64,000 bases of DNA, taken from positions 3,412,001 through 3,476,000 of the forward strand of contig CM119373.1 in the NCBI GenBank assembly GCA_051294905.1. The letters run 5' to 3'. The notes below the pieces were generated by a model, which worked only from the letters and a program-made list of their open reading frames with translations, was not told the origin of the DNA and did not search any database. Each line of letters starts with the position of its first letter. Position 1 is the stretch's first letter. Origin of the DNA: Botryllus schlosseri. Taxonomy: Eukaryota. Made by a program: the position numbers and the translations under genes. Shown piece by piece: positions 14,648 through 28,400 of this stretch.

Positions 14648-15621
14648 CAGTGTTGGGATCAAGTCACTACCTTCGAGTCACGAGTCATTTCGAGTCATTG
14701 CACATTTTGACTCGAGTCAAGTCAAGTCAATCGATTTTCAAAGGTGACTCGAGTCAAGTCAAGTCACTTGATTTTTGGAGGTGACTCGAGTCAAGTCGAG
14801 TCAAGTCAAGTCAAGTCAAGTCAAGTCACGAGTCAAGTCACATTTCAAGTCAAGTTGCCTTTTCGAAGTATGTGTGAGGCCTGATTAGCCTAACGTCATT
14901 GCAATTTGCTAGCCGTCTGAAAGACAGTTTGAGTGATGAACGAATATAGAGTTAAATATAAACGCAAGAAGGCGCTGTATCGGTAACATAGGGTAGGACT
15001 GTTGAACTACGTAATTGCACAGCCTAAGTTTAGAGTTACCAGCCAAAATAGAGAATAGCGAAACGAATTGATAAGATGCAATACATTATACATATTCACT
15101 AATAGATATGATACCATTCGAGCCTGCGCCAATGGTTGAGAACTACATAAACTATATTCGACTTCATTTTCAATAAAACAAAAGGTTTCGTTAAGGCAAG
15201 AACAGAGAACAGAGATAGACATTTTGCTATTCTGTTACTTTACTACTAGAGTTACGACAACGTAAGCTGTAAGCCTTGATCACTTCGGTCAATTTATTTG
15301 TGAGAGAACAATCGAGGCTCAGAGAAACGCAAGATCATTGATCATTAAATGATTGGTCGCTCTCACGGGTTACACAAGCGTTTCGCGAACAATCCGAACA
15401 TATGCAAGATACAGTGATTTTTATCGACACCGATTACTTGATGACTTGAAATTGACTCGTGAATTTTGCTCCGAGTCACGAGTCAATCCACATTTCTAAT
15501 ACGCCGAGTCAAGTCAAGTCAAGTCATTTTAGCAAAGTGACTCGAGTCAAGTCAAGTCACGTGGAAAAGGTGACTCGAGTCTGACTCGAGTCAAGTCATG
15601 ACTCGAGTCATCCCAACACTG
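14648..15621. mobile_element. GACTCGAGTC/AAGTC-rich hAT-type element (family B)
   Basis: TIR CAGTGTTGGGAT; TSD ATTCTTAG. Confidence 0.9.
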
Positions 15622-16230
15622 ATTCTTAGCACACTTTTTGGAGTCCTTTGTTAGCCTAAACTTCATTATGTGTTGGCTTGATAATGGTTGACGCCGAAGT
15701 ACCTATTTCTGTAAATCAATATTAATTCCTGGGAAGGACACCCAATAACATAACATATAGTGACACTAAACCGCGCCAAGAGCGAAAAAAAAATTGAAAA
15801 ATGGATGAAGTTTCAAAAAAAAAATGCTGTTGTACAGTCACGAACTAATTTTGGGCCCCCGTTCAAGCTCGACCCTGCTCAAATTGGGAGGTTTGCGGTG
15901 CGGCAATTACGGCCCTTCGCAAACTGAATGAATCAAATAGAAATGATCGCGCAAACTGTGCGTGTGCAGTTTAGCGAGTCAGCTCGTACTTGTCGCTCGT
16001 ATGACGTCAAATGACACTTCAAGTCAAATCGAACATGTTTCCAGGCCTAATGTTACTTCACGAAGTCCTGAATAAGTTTGAAATGTGTTGTTCAATTTAT
16101 TTTATCAATGGACCAGCGTTCAAAATATTGCACCTCGAAATTAAGGTACAAAATTATAATATGCCTCGCGGACCGGCAGGCAAGTCGTCGCGGACCGGCG
16201 GTTGAGAACCACTGGCCTACACAACTACAC

Positions 16231-17235
16231 CAGTGGTTCCCAACCGGTGGGGAATTTCCCACTTGCCGGGAATATAATGGTTTCTGGTGGGGAATAGACC
16301 CATTTGTTAAACACTACATACATGACAGTCTACGTATTCAAGGTGAGACATGCGCATTACCGTCACCAGTTGACTGTTCTGGAATGTATGTATCGAAAAT
16401 TATATTGGGTGCTGTTTACAATAACTAACCCGGAATAACTAATGATGGCGTCATAAACGCATCCAGCACGACCAGTATGACGTGAAATACCGCTTTCGCT
16501 ACATTTTGAGGGTTACCGGTATCGGTTCACAATTAGGGCTGGGCACAATGATTCGAGTACTCGAATCTGAATCGAGTATTAATTTTAATGATTCGAGTCG
16601 AGTTGTAAAATCAGATTTTTTCGAGTACTGAAATTATACTCTCCTCGCCACTGAAAGCTAATTTATCAATGAGAAATATAGTTTCGATACTAATTTTCAT
16701 TGCTGAAGTTTCGGAGCCTTGATTGGCGGTATCGTAGCATACGAAACATATAGTACAATGCTACGAATGTTACTAGAAATAACTTATTTCCGAAGTGATG
16801 ATCATCCCACAACTTTGTCACCAAGTGCAATAAAATCGGCATGGTCGAAAAAATACCAAAATCTCTTCAATGTGATGGATAATAGGAATTATAGTCTTTG
16901 TGGTCGCATAAAAGGTACAGATTTGAAATTCGTCATATTACATTCTGTTGTGACGTCATAATGGGTGATACTCGATTACTCGACTCGACTCGAAGCATTT
17001 CACGTGATTCAGAATCGAATCACTCAGGTACTCGATTTTGCCCAGCCCTATTCACAATACGTTTTATGTTGCATAGTTACAGGCGATATTCTTACGTGCT
17101 GTTGTGGTTGTGCGTCTTGTGTACCCGAGCAAGCAAATAGCTGCTCCGTAATGACAGAAGTTTTGGGTAGTGGGGAATGAAGGCTCGGATTAAATCTGAA
17201 GTGCGGAATGAAGACAAAAAGGTTGGGAACCACTG
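16231..17235. mobile_element. hAT-type MITE with nested element 16534-17050
   Basis: TIR CAGTGGTTCCCAACC; imperfect TSD aactacac/tcctacac. Confidence 0.75.
16534..17050. mobile_element. hAT-type MITE (family C; decayed copies ~18650-19040, ~30460-30825, ~52120-52435)
   Basis: TIR TAGGGCTGGGCA; TSD TTCACAAT. Confidence 0.88.
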
Positions 17236-19221
17236 TCCTACACAGTACAATGCAAGCACATACCCCTATCATCCAACACCATATATTATATGCCACACAC
17301 ACTTCAGAAAGTAGGTTACTGTTCGGATTGGGGCCGGGGTTAGATTTGTGATTATAAAACCCAGCTGTGAGACTTGTACAAACTACCAATCTAGTTAGCT
17401 GACGGTCGACTAACTATATCGGTTATACCTTCAGTTTTGAATTTTGAAAAGTGAGCAGGTCTAGGTCTAGTTGCACAATCTGAAAAGTGAGTATAGTTCT
17501 AGTTCTAGTTGCACATTTTGAAAAAGTGAGGAGTTCTGGTTATAGTTGTGGGTTTCTAAAACCGAGCAGTCCTAGTTCTAGTTGCGTCTGTAGTTTCTGG
17601 TATTTTGAAAATCCACTATAGTTTGTAACTGTCTGTCAGCTGTCGTCTTATGTCGTGCAGCATGCTCAAATGTCAGACAACCATACGTATATCGATTTGT
17701 AGATCATGGCATGAAACAATTTTCACAAAGGCTTTGCAAAGGCATAAACGCATTCGTAACAAAATTCCGATTCCAACCTAAAGCGACAGATCGAGAATAA
17801 ATATACGTTTAATATAAATTACGATTATCGTAGCAGTGGAGAAGTTGGGTAGCATAGAAGTCGCAGTCGAAGCCAGCTATTAACAGATTTCAGGCAGATT
17901 GCAGGGTATGCATATGCACTTTATGCAGTATGCACGCTTCATACATGTCAACTTCACTCTGGAGCACCCAACTCAGTCATAGGCGCGAGTCCAGCTGCAG
18001 GATCTAGGGACATGAAACTACCACGGGTCAAACATATATTACCACTATTATTGTCTTTGCACTGCCTATTTTTGCACACAAGATACGCGGATAGCCAGAT
18101 TATCTAAAATATGATAAGGAATAATAATAGTTGAATGCCGTGAATCCTCGAATAGTGACGAGTATATCGGCTGATTGGTTAAGACTGAGTATTGTAACAT
18201 ATACAATACACATGCAACATATGATTTTAAACAGGGGAAATGAGATGATTACATTGAAATTTGAGTATTAAATATATTTTACAGTATATATTAAGAAATA
18301 AAGTAATGTAAGTGGACAGATAGCTGGTAGCGGTTGGATATTGAATACAGTACTATAATACAGAGGTGTGCAACGGCTAAAATTTGGTCAGAAGAGAATT
18401 ATTGTGCGGCCCGCCAAGTATAGTGCCAATTTTAAATGCTGCCTGTCCCGTGAATTATGTTTCTAATTTAGCTTAAGGTCTGCTTGGTTTGAGTGAAACT
18501 CAAGTGAGCTAAGAAGGGGCAAAACATTCAAATCAAAATAATAAGCAAATGCCGATTGGTCACATATTTTTGACGAAACTCTTTCCATAGGCAGAAATTT
18601 TTTCATTCTTCGAGCGATATACCTCCAGAAATTAATACCGAGGGTTACCAGCAGGGCTAGTCAAAATCCAGTACTTGAGCGGTTCGTTTCTGTATCGAAT
18701 CACTGATAATGACGTCACAACGGTATAAATAATGCGAAAGTTCAAACATGTACCTTTTATGCGATCACTATTAATCTTTTTGACCATGTCTATTTCATTG
18801 CACTTTGTAACAATGCTGTGAATCACGACTACACAGATATGTCATTTGCACTAACGTGTTTCGTATACTGCAATACGACAAATCGAGATTTACAGCCTCC
18901 CTTAGTGGAGAATAGCATCGAAACCTTAATTCTCCTTGATAAATTAACTCTCATATGTAATTTCAGAACTAGAAAAACTCATCTCACATTATTCGATCCG
19001 AATCGTTGGAATTAGTACTCGAATCATTGTTTCCTGCCCTATAGGGGTGCACGCAGGCTTTCAGCATACCTATACTTGTGATACATACAGAAAGCCTATA
19101 GGTATACAATACATACGTGCACCCAGCGGTTTCACCATGTTATTTAGATCTGACCTATTTACGGAAAAAATTGCACACCCCTGGTGTAGTATATTACATA
19201 TAATATGAAGTACACATAGTG

Positions 19222-19434
19222 TTATATCCACGGATCGAGGCAACTTCTGTGATACAGTTGTTGTTTGCTTTCGTTGAGAGCGCGTTCGATGTGTTTCAGG
19301 GAGTAAGCGTGCGGACTGATCAGTTCCTCGTACGGGTAGTTATTCACGGTTCTCACCATGAAGTCCAGGGCTTCGTCGAGATGTCGCGGGGTGTAGTTGT
19401 GTACCCCGATGATCGTCAAGCCTTTGGAGATGAT
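19222..19434 (-). CDS. ADH gene exon 6 (IISKGLTIIGVHNYTPRHL...CLDPWI*)
   Basis: Acceptor ttttctttag, phase 0, ends in TAA. Confidence 0.92.
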   Translation of the reverse strand: MISKGLTIIGVHNYTPRHLDEALDFMVRTVNNYPYEELISPHAYSLKHIERALNESKQQLYHRSCLDPWI

Positions 19435-22400
19435 CTAAAGAAAAGTAAATGATATAACACTTGACAATCAGGGTGGCCTCTGCTGTTCCCTTTCAGATAC
19501 CAGTTCAGAAATGCGGGCTTCGCCTTGAAAAGTGTCATCGTATATTGTTCGGTCGAAACGCAACAGCGTGATACCAAACTTGCAAGACCCGTAATACCTG
19601 AGACGAGAAATTGAGCACCGACTCGGATTTAAAGATTTTGGGAGGATTTGGTTATGAGCGACTGGTAACTATGGGTTCTGGCATGGGATCGCTGACAATT
19701 ACGCATGTTTTTTCGAATGAGGACTTCGATTTTCACACTGTACGAACGGAATTCTTGAATTGGATCGAAAGAACATATGCGGGACTGGATTATGCGGACT
19801 GCCGAGTACGGAATTTCAAGACTTCTGATTCGCGGTTTACCACGGGTTGTACAAATGTATACATGAAGCCAAAATCAAGGCCTTCAACCAATTCAAAGAG
19901 TCTCAACGGGGCCTTTATTAAAACGAAAATTCCAGCAAAATGAATAATAGATTGAGTCATGCAACCGTGTGGAAGCAACGTACGCTTATCTATACTAATC
20001 TACGCCACCAAAACAGGTCTGGCACGGAAATGTTGATCAATCACCATTTTTGAACAGACTTGTACAGATTATACAATTTTCAAATTGCGAAACTGCAGCT
20101 AGAACTACTCACGTTTTTATAACTCACAACCACAACTATAAAACTAGAACTAATGAACTTTAAGAAATGCATTTGAATACAATATCGTATTGAAATGAAG
20201 CCGAATATTTTCGGCTGACACTCGTCAGGTGTAATCCTCACCGATTCTCTACTCTACTAGTTGGTGACGATTACCCCTGACGAGTGTCAGCCAAAACTAT
20301 TCGGCTTCATTTCAATACGATATTGTATTCAAATGCATTGCTTAAAGTTAGAGCTAGAGCTAGAGCTAGAAGTACTCAAAACAAAGTTAGGTGGCCTTCA
20401 CCTAACTATATTGGCAGTAGTCTCATTTTGAAGGGTAACAATAACAACACTCTGGTGGAGCCAGAGTAGGCCAGCCAGCGTACTTGTGAAGTCGGCTTTA
20501 ATACAGCTCCGAAATTTTCCCTCGACAATAGCTATATCTCAGAGATAAGCATGCTGGGTTGAAGAGATTGACCGTCTGATTTATGACCAAATTAGATTCG
20601 GACATAGGATTTTAGCCAATCATGACCTGCTAGATATCAGTGCATTTGAGTCATTGTCTGCTATGGACTTGGAATTTAAGCCTAAATCCGCAACCGGATT
20701 TCATGGCATTGAATATGGTAAATTCGTTCATTGTTGCACTATTCGCGTTATACGCAGCATGCATTGGCTGCATATTCATTAGTTAGTTACTTACTTGCTA
20801 CTCGATTGCAGGATTGGACAACTATATAGATAATTATCGGTTTTACCAAATTGGATTAGAATTAGAATTATTGCTACACATTTTTCCGAATTAGATTGGA
20901 ATTAGAATATTGAATTCGTAAAAATTGAATGAAATTCCGAATTATAATGAAATAAAACAAAAACCAAGTTCACATCATTTCAAATCAGAGAAAACGGAAA
21001 ACGTTTAGACACCAAGCTTGGCCCGTTTCGCACTATACCATTATCCTGTAGCATTTTCAGACAAACCAGAAATTAAATTCGAATTAAAACGAAAGCGTAG
21101 AAACATTTCACAAATTACATTATAATTAGATTACCGGCATTTCATTTCAATTTGTATAATTAGACAGCTAGTATTATTTATCTTTTGATTCAAGTATGCA
21201 TTGTAGCGTACGTTACGTAAGGATAGTATACAGATTTTCTTATTAATTTCGCCGATACCCACATACTACTCAATCATATTATCCCTGCGTTAACTGATGT
21301 TGTACATCATTTACAGCAAGACCAAACTTTTATTATTGGAATCTTTACATTGCGGGTCGTGGTATGTGTTGTTTAGCACTAAATAACAGGGTTAACCGGG
21401 TCGTGACGGTAGTTTCCTGTATCGCCCAGGGTCTTAACCTCGCGTTGCCTTGAAATAATGGATATTAATAAGCGTGCGGAGCCTGTATCGGTGGTATTGG
21501 CGGATATATAAATACACTATTCCGCAAAATTTGCCTCAGCTCAGGCCTCAGTTGTTCAGGTTTTGTTAATAAATATACCGGACAACACATTGTAATATTG
21601 ACATACGTGTTATGTTGAGTATACGTTGCGGAAACGGTTCATTTTCTCGCTACGATATGGCACCATGCGGCCAGGAAATGTATTTTAAGGTGGGTATTTT
21701 ATCAACACGTATGTAAATTGCTATGCCCTTTGGCAATGGCGCTATTTCGAGTGATATTTATTATTGGTGATTATCGCCATTTCATCACCCCCGCCGCACT
21801 GCGGAAACATCAAAGCGATGTTTATCGCTGATTCAAGGGTTGTTAAAAAATAACTATTCCTTGGTGAAATTGCTAATTACACTGTCGCTGTGTCTTTTTC
21901 GTTCAATAAAATTCGCTCGTTTCGAGAGAATTGGTGTCAAATTCATGGAGATTATTTGGTATCTTTTCGACCATACCTATTTTATTGCACTTTGTCACAA
22001 CGCAATTCAGCCCTATTAGTTATAAAGTACCGAAAGCCTGGAGCTTGATTGCCTGTTTGCAGAAATATTCTCAATTTCATGATTCAAAAATTTACACTCA
22101 GCATAATTCTTACTTGCTCTCCTGTGAGGCCCAGGTCCGAGTCGGGGTGAACCAAACCTACTAAAACCAGAGTGCCTCCGTGTCGCAGACTGTTGTAAGC
22201 GTGTTGAATCACATCGGCGTTGCCACAAACTTCAATCGCTGTGTCCACTTCTTCGACTGTAATGGCAGATAACTTTATCAGTGAGCTGACGTAACGTAAA
22301 AGCTACAGTGTAAATACCGCAAGCATTTTCGTTCATAAGCCCGCGTAGCATAGGCGCTGAACTCTAATTTTCCCTAGGTATGCGAGATCGATGACGTCAC

Positions 22401-25400
22401 AAAGGGATGACGTCATAGTGCGCCAGAATTGGCAAATTATCCGACTCGCAAGTGTTCAATATCACCTGGCACTTGTATATGGTGACAAAATTACGATATG
22501 ATTAAGCAGGCCGCGTAGCCAGCCGGCCGCTTGCTGAATTGATTGAATCCATTTCAAATTTACCAAGGTAGCATCAGTTTATTGTGGTTAATAACATGCA
22601 CCAATGCCGATAATACATCGATCGGATCAGTATCCTTGTGTAATATATAAGACACATCACGCTACCATAAGATTACCAACGCGTGCGACTGTGTAGTCAA
22701 TTAGCGAGCTCGCAATCTCCACAACATATTCGCCAACACACGCGCCGACAATCGGGAGATTTCAATCGCTCCGCCTCGAGAACAAACGAATACGCATCTT
22801 CGGCGACGGCTAATAAGGTTGCAGGAATTATTTTCCCAAATAGAAAGTCTGTTCTGGACTCTATTCATTAGTGACTTTGATTTCATAGGAGTTAGAAGTT
22901 TCAATATCAAGAGCCTGCAAGACATTTTCTGATCATTCTGTTTTAGTATTAACGTTAGTCAAAATCAATTACGCCGCTGTCTGTTCACGGTCAGTATGTA
23001 TTTCAATCAATTCCGTCCATGTTCATTGTTCAATGTCTGAGCCAGTCTGACATCACAATCACAGAAGAAGCGATAGTTCCGGCCGGCGCATAAGATATCA
23101 TGTTCCTTCACAGCAGGAGATGACAATCGCAACATTTCGCGCATATAGAAATTGACATCTTTAGTATCGAGTTCTCGGTCTTGTTGCCTCGCGTTGCGTC
23201 TTCTGACGACTCGCGTTTGATCAAATATTCAGGCGCATAGCCGAGTTGTTATGGAGTGTGTTCTATAATGGAATCCGCATCGATTTCAGGTGGTTCAAAC
23301 CTTTCTCAACTTTTATAACTCAAGCCTTGATTCGCATCTTCTGATGGTTATTGGTTATGCTTAAGTATTAGCGGAAATCAAGTACGCATGTACGCACAAG
23401 TCACACATTTTTGCGGACATTCGATGTCAGTAAGTTTCGTGATATCAATCTTTAATCACAACCGATAGATAGGAGCCACAGCATGCTAGGCCGGAGACGC
23501 GATAGTTAGGCCGGCATTGATATATTTCGAACCACGCAGACGCAATTGTGTAGGCCAACGATGTTATCGTGCGGAGGCCAGTGATGGTATAGTGCGCACC
23601 GGGCCTATTGCCGATGCGATTCATCAAGCCAGCGCAACTAGACCTGACGGAGACGGGATAAATCAGGCCTGCGACCTAATTTCGCAATCATCTCAGCGTC
23701 GAGATCGCGTTGCGTTACATTGTGCACAAACCATTCTCGCAAATTGGAAACGCGCTTCCGGCTAATTGGCCGTGGCCGCGCGCAACACTGATATAATACG
23801 GACAACTGAATTGTAACTGAAGGACGGAGTTTTGTTAAGCGCCTGAACGTATTGATGCCGGTTAACTTACGTGTTCAGCAGCACTACGAAACGCTTATTT
23901 CTAAATCGATCAATTCACCACCCAGTCAGTAACAGACCAAACCGAATTCTGGGTATGCCGCATACCCAAAAAAATTCCTAGGTATGCGCGGCATACCTAG
24001 CATACCTGAGTTCAGCGCCTATGCCGCGTAGTACTAGTAACAACCAAGTGTGGGTGTAGTAACTGTATTGAATTCTCTAACTACAGTGTAACTAACTACA
24101 CTGTAGTTAGAGAATTCAATATGGCGACGTGTTAAATATCAGCAATATGGCAACCGAAGATTTTGGTTGTTCGAAGGAGCGATATGATGTCACGATACCG
24201 CATAGCGACTTGAGAGACTGGTGCCTGCGATGTCACCACGGAAACGCACATATAAATAATGAGCGTGTATGATTGTGATATAAGTTGTACTACAGTATAC
24301 GCCAGTGGTCGGGAACCTATGGCTCGCGAGCCATATATGGCTCTTTAGGGTATAAGATATGGCTCTTTGCCAAATATTTATTTTTGTACTGAATTGATCA
24401 ATATTGCAGCGACTTGTTGGTAAATTTCATCACGGCCAGAATAATTTGTCTCGTGGCAGCATATAAGCATGCCTTTGAGAGGTAAAGACAATGCCGTCTT
24501 CAGGTTTAGGGGCTCGGACCACCTCTTTTCAAAATCCTCAAATTTAAATTACTGTCACGCCGACGACCAATATCACTCGCGAATTCTATGTATTAGACCT
24601 GGGGTCGCCAACTCAAAACGGGTCGCGGGCCACTTTTCAAATTTTGTAGCGGCCGCGGGCCGCATAAATTCAATATCGATATTAAGGGGGCAATCACGAT
24701 TTAAAACGCTGTTCTACCTAACATAGGCAATGGGTATAGTGACCACAATAAAGTAATATTTTATTAAAGGAATAAAAATACAACAAAGTACCACTGTCAT
24801 CAATTTCATTTTATTTTAAACTGCGAGCTTTTCACGATACCTAGAAACGCTTTTTGGGACTAGCGAAATACGTAACTAGCTGAAAGACCATCCCCACTTG
24901 AAGCTTAATCTTGTGGAAAAGCCCTAAGCCAGTGGTTCTCAAACCTTTTTTGATATGCCCCCCTATATGATACTGAAAAATTTCGCGCCCCCTTATCGTC
25001 ATATCACAAAATGCATCCATAATGCTGGCTATCCGAACGGATAGTTTGATGGTATGTGAGGTTATGAATGTTGACGAGAGAATTCGATAATATAAATTCC
25101 GGATTATACACAGAGCACTAGCTATAACTATGCATTCGAGGAAAATCGCGCCGAGCGCGAAAAATTTTTTAGTTGAACGCAGCACCACGGCCCTTCAGAT
25201 GCTTTCACGACCCCATATGGGGGACGTACCCTCAGTTTTAGAACCACTTCCCTAAGCAGTTTTCTGGCGTCTCGGTATTGGAAATGTTTGGGCCATTGCA
25301 CGTCAATTTCAGAATTTCAAAATGTTTTCTTAGCTTTCTTCCGAAATCTAAAATCATGTCGCGGGCCGCAAAATATGACCTGGCGGGCCGCATGCGGCCC

Positions 25401-28400
25401 GCGGCCCGCGTGTTGGGGACCCCTGTATTAGACTCTAAATCTTTAATTGTGCGGTACGTTGATTTAATCAAAGAGCATAGCATACATGGCGACGCCCATT
25501 TCAAAATGCAGTTTTCAAATACACATTGTCATCCTGATCTACGGCGCGAAATGAACTGTTGTGGATGTGAAATTCATAATTACAAACTCGAATTACAAAC
25601 AACGCCATAGTTATCCACGTTCTTGATTGGTAAGTAAAGCTCTGTGTAGTACTGGCGATATAATGTAGGCGTGTATAGCGCAACGTTATGTTACCACCGA
25701 ACAGACATGGGGTAATCGCGATTAGTAATCGTAATCGATTACGACGATTACAGCATTTTGAAGTAATCGTAATCGCAATCGATTACATTCGAAAAAAATC
25801 CGAAGTAATCGTAATCGTAATCGACTACTTCCCATATCTAATCGATTTTTTTGTGAAAGAACGATTACTTTTTGTTTGTACAAGGACTATGACATAAACT
25901 GAATATTCGTGAACAAGAATGAGATAATATACAACGTTAGCGATAGCACAAACGTTTGTTTTCAAACGCCACTGACTCATTATTACGTCAGAAGTATTAG
26001 CTCCGCTCGTCATTGCGTAAGAAGTATCCCATTCCACACATGGTAAACAGACATGCGATGGACATAGTAGTGTGATTGTAAGAACACCCCCGTGGTGTAT
26101 ATCAGGTTATCAATACACTACAGAAGCCCCTACCTCGCAGCAGGATATTGATCACCACTCTGCCTATAGTTTCAAATAGTAACTTATGTATTGATGTTTG
26201 GTTGTGCTTAGTTAAACGCAGTTTACCGTTGTTGCTTGGCGAGCAGGTGGCCTAAGAACGCACGTGCACCTGACGAAGATTCGGAATTTTGTACTCGTCG
26301 AATAAAACATTGCAGTTTCCACAACGAAGCATTACAAATAAACAGCTGCTGATATATATCATAACCGAGCCGTGCTTAGCCGTTTCTCGAAACAGCAGCT
26401 CGCAGTATATGTATTAAGTTGAAGGCAGAATTTTTATGTTCACTATATCTTATTCTCATATAACTACTTGAAACGGGCGTCAATCGTTATTTCACAGTTC
26501 GTTACTTGGCATTTGGACCTGCCGCCATAACCATCCGCTTATATAGCCTGACATGTTAGCGTGGGCTGTAGCTAGAATCAGCAATTCAGCCAAAACAGCA
26601 ATTCGTCCCCCTATCCAACCGTTGGTCAATTTTCAAATCTGAATTTCGTCAATAATATTGGTAATAGCATTATATTACAATTCATTTATAACCTCTCTCA
26701 GCCCCGAGTGTCAGATTTACCTGTAGAGCTGGTGCACGTAATTCATAATCATAGCATCTGGTATGTTGCTATAATTACTTTATTGTATGTTGTTAATTCG
26801 CGACCAACAGTCTGTTGTATAATCAAAAGATATTGTACTCGCCCAAACGTAGCAGACTAAAAGAATATCTTTTGTGAGACGCACACACAAATTGCCATGG
26901 CTTTATTCGTTTGTGGATGCGCCCGGTGGCATTTGCACGCGCACCCAGCGCGGCTATTGACAATGGACGAATACCCTAAGTTTCGGCCAAGGTATTTCTT
27001 TGGTATCACATCCTGTGGAGTTGCGTGTTGGCCGAAACTGCATATGTCTTTTGGTGTGTTGTGGGATCGTGGCGCGGTAATGACCGGCTCCGAAATGCCT
27101 GTTCCCATAAAACAGCCTATGCATGTTTTTTCTTGAGGGGAAGAGGTACGCATTTCAAACCCAGCTATCTACTGGAGCAGGGGTCACCAACCGTTTTGAA
27201 AGAAAAAGCTACTTCTTGTGTAGTGTGTACTGATTATTGCGACGACCGGCGGGTTGCCATTTACTCCTGCCGTTTATCCGTGTTCAGTTGGATTTCTTCA
27301 CTTAGAGTAAGACAATCAGAGCACTGGGCCGGGTTTCCGCCCCTTACCAAGAACAAAAAACGCTCACTCGCCGGGACTCACACCAGCTCCTCCGGGCTCA
27401 GTTGCGTTGATGCAGTGCGGGCCGAAGCGCCAATCTCCGCGTCGAGACTCGGGAATATTAACTATAGATTCCCGTTGAGCCGCCGCGTGGGCGTAGACAA
27501 GCAATGCCCCGAGCGACTGCGTTCGTATCTTCCTTGGGGTCGGCCGACCCATGTTCAACTGCTGCTCATATGAAACCAGCTTCAACTTTCAAATCTCTCA
27601 TTTGGATAGGCTATTTGCTACCGCGACCGCGGGCGACTCATTTGTTCCGCGTTGGCGACCCCTGTACTATAGAGACATTTGAATCGCAAAGCTCGAAGAA
27701 CATTTTCAAGAATTAATTAAATTCTCGAAAATACTCTATAATTTATGTTGGTTTACGAAATACTTTTGAGTCCCCTTCGAGCACGCTCCCCACTCTATTA
27801 AGGAATTTGGGGTGCGGCAGGTAAAGACCTGCCAATCGTTGGATGCGACAAATCATCCACTATAAAGTTGGGCAATTGGTATATTATGACGTAATAAGCA
27901 AATGACGCATGATGTATGATGACAGTTGATATCTCATTAGGCCTTTTCATCGCAATCCTTGTATTGTCTTCCAATATATCATTTAAGATTATAGTCCTAA
28001 GAAGCAAAACAAATGTAATCGTGAGTAATCGTGATTACTTTTCCAATGTAATCGTAATCGTAATCGACTACTTCCTGATTTTGCTGTAATCGTAATCGTA
28101 ATCGTAATCGCGTGATTCTGAAGTAATCGTAATCGCAATCGATTACATTCATAAAGTAATCACCCCATGTCTGCCACCGAATACTTTGAGAATTGAGAAG
28201 TCGATAAGTATTAAGATTTTCCGAATCATTGTGACAGTCACATTCGATTAATATCAGTTATAATATATTCTAAGCTACTTACGATGGATTGCGTTATCAA
28301 TGGTGAGGCTTGGCGCCCATCAGTGCCTTACCTCTCGTTTCGAGCTTTATTTTCGATCAATATATACCAGTTTTTACAGAGAAAATATGGCGCACACGAG

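Larger units (their letters stand above)
13022..16214. mobile_element. hAT-type MITE expanded by nested insertions
   Basis: TIR CAGTGGTTCTCAACC; perfect TSD GCCTACAC. Confidence 0.85.
25702..28173. mobile_element. Nested hAT-type element with subterminal (GTAATC)n repeats
   Basis: TIR CAGACATGGGGT; TSD CCACCGAA. Confidence 0.9.

Noticed and set aside
26071..26325. Solo LTR (TG...CA with AATAAA near the end) and a CTGACGA hammerhead-like motif at ~26270
   Set aside because: No matching 4-6 bp TSD was found, and no GAAA/stem arrangement completes a hammerhead.
27261..27621. Functional 28S rRNA gene
   Set aside because: Short, diverged, discontinuous and enclosed by MITE TIRs.
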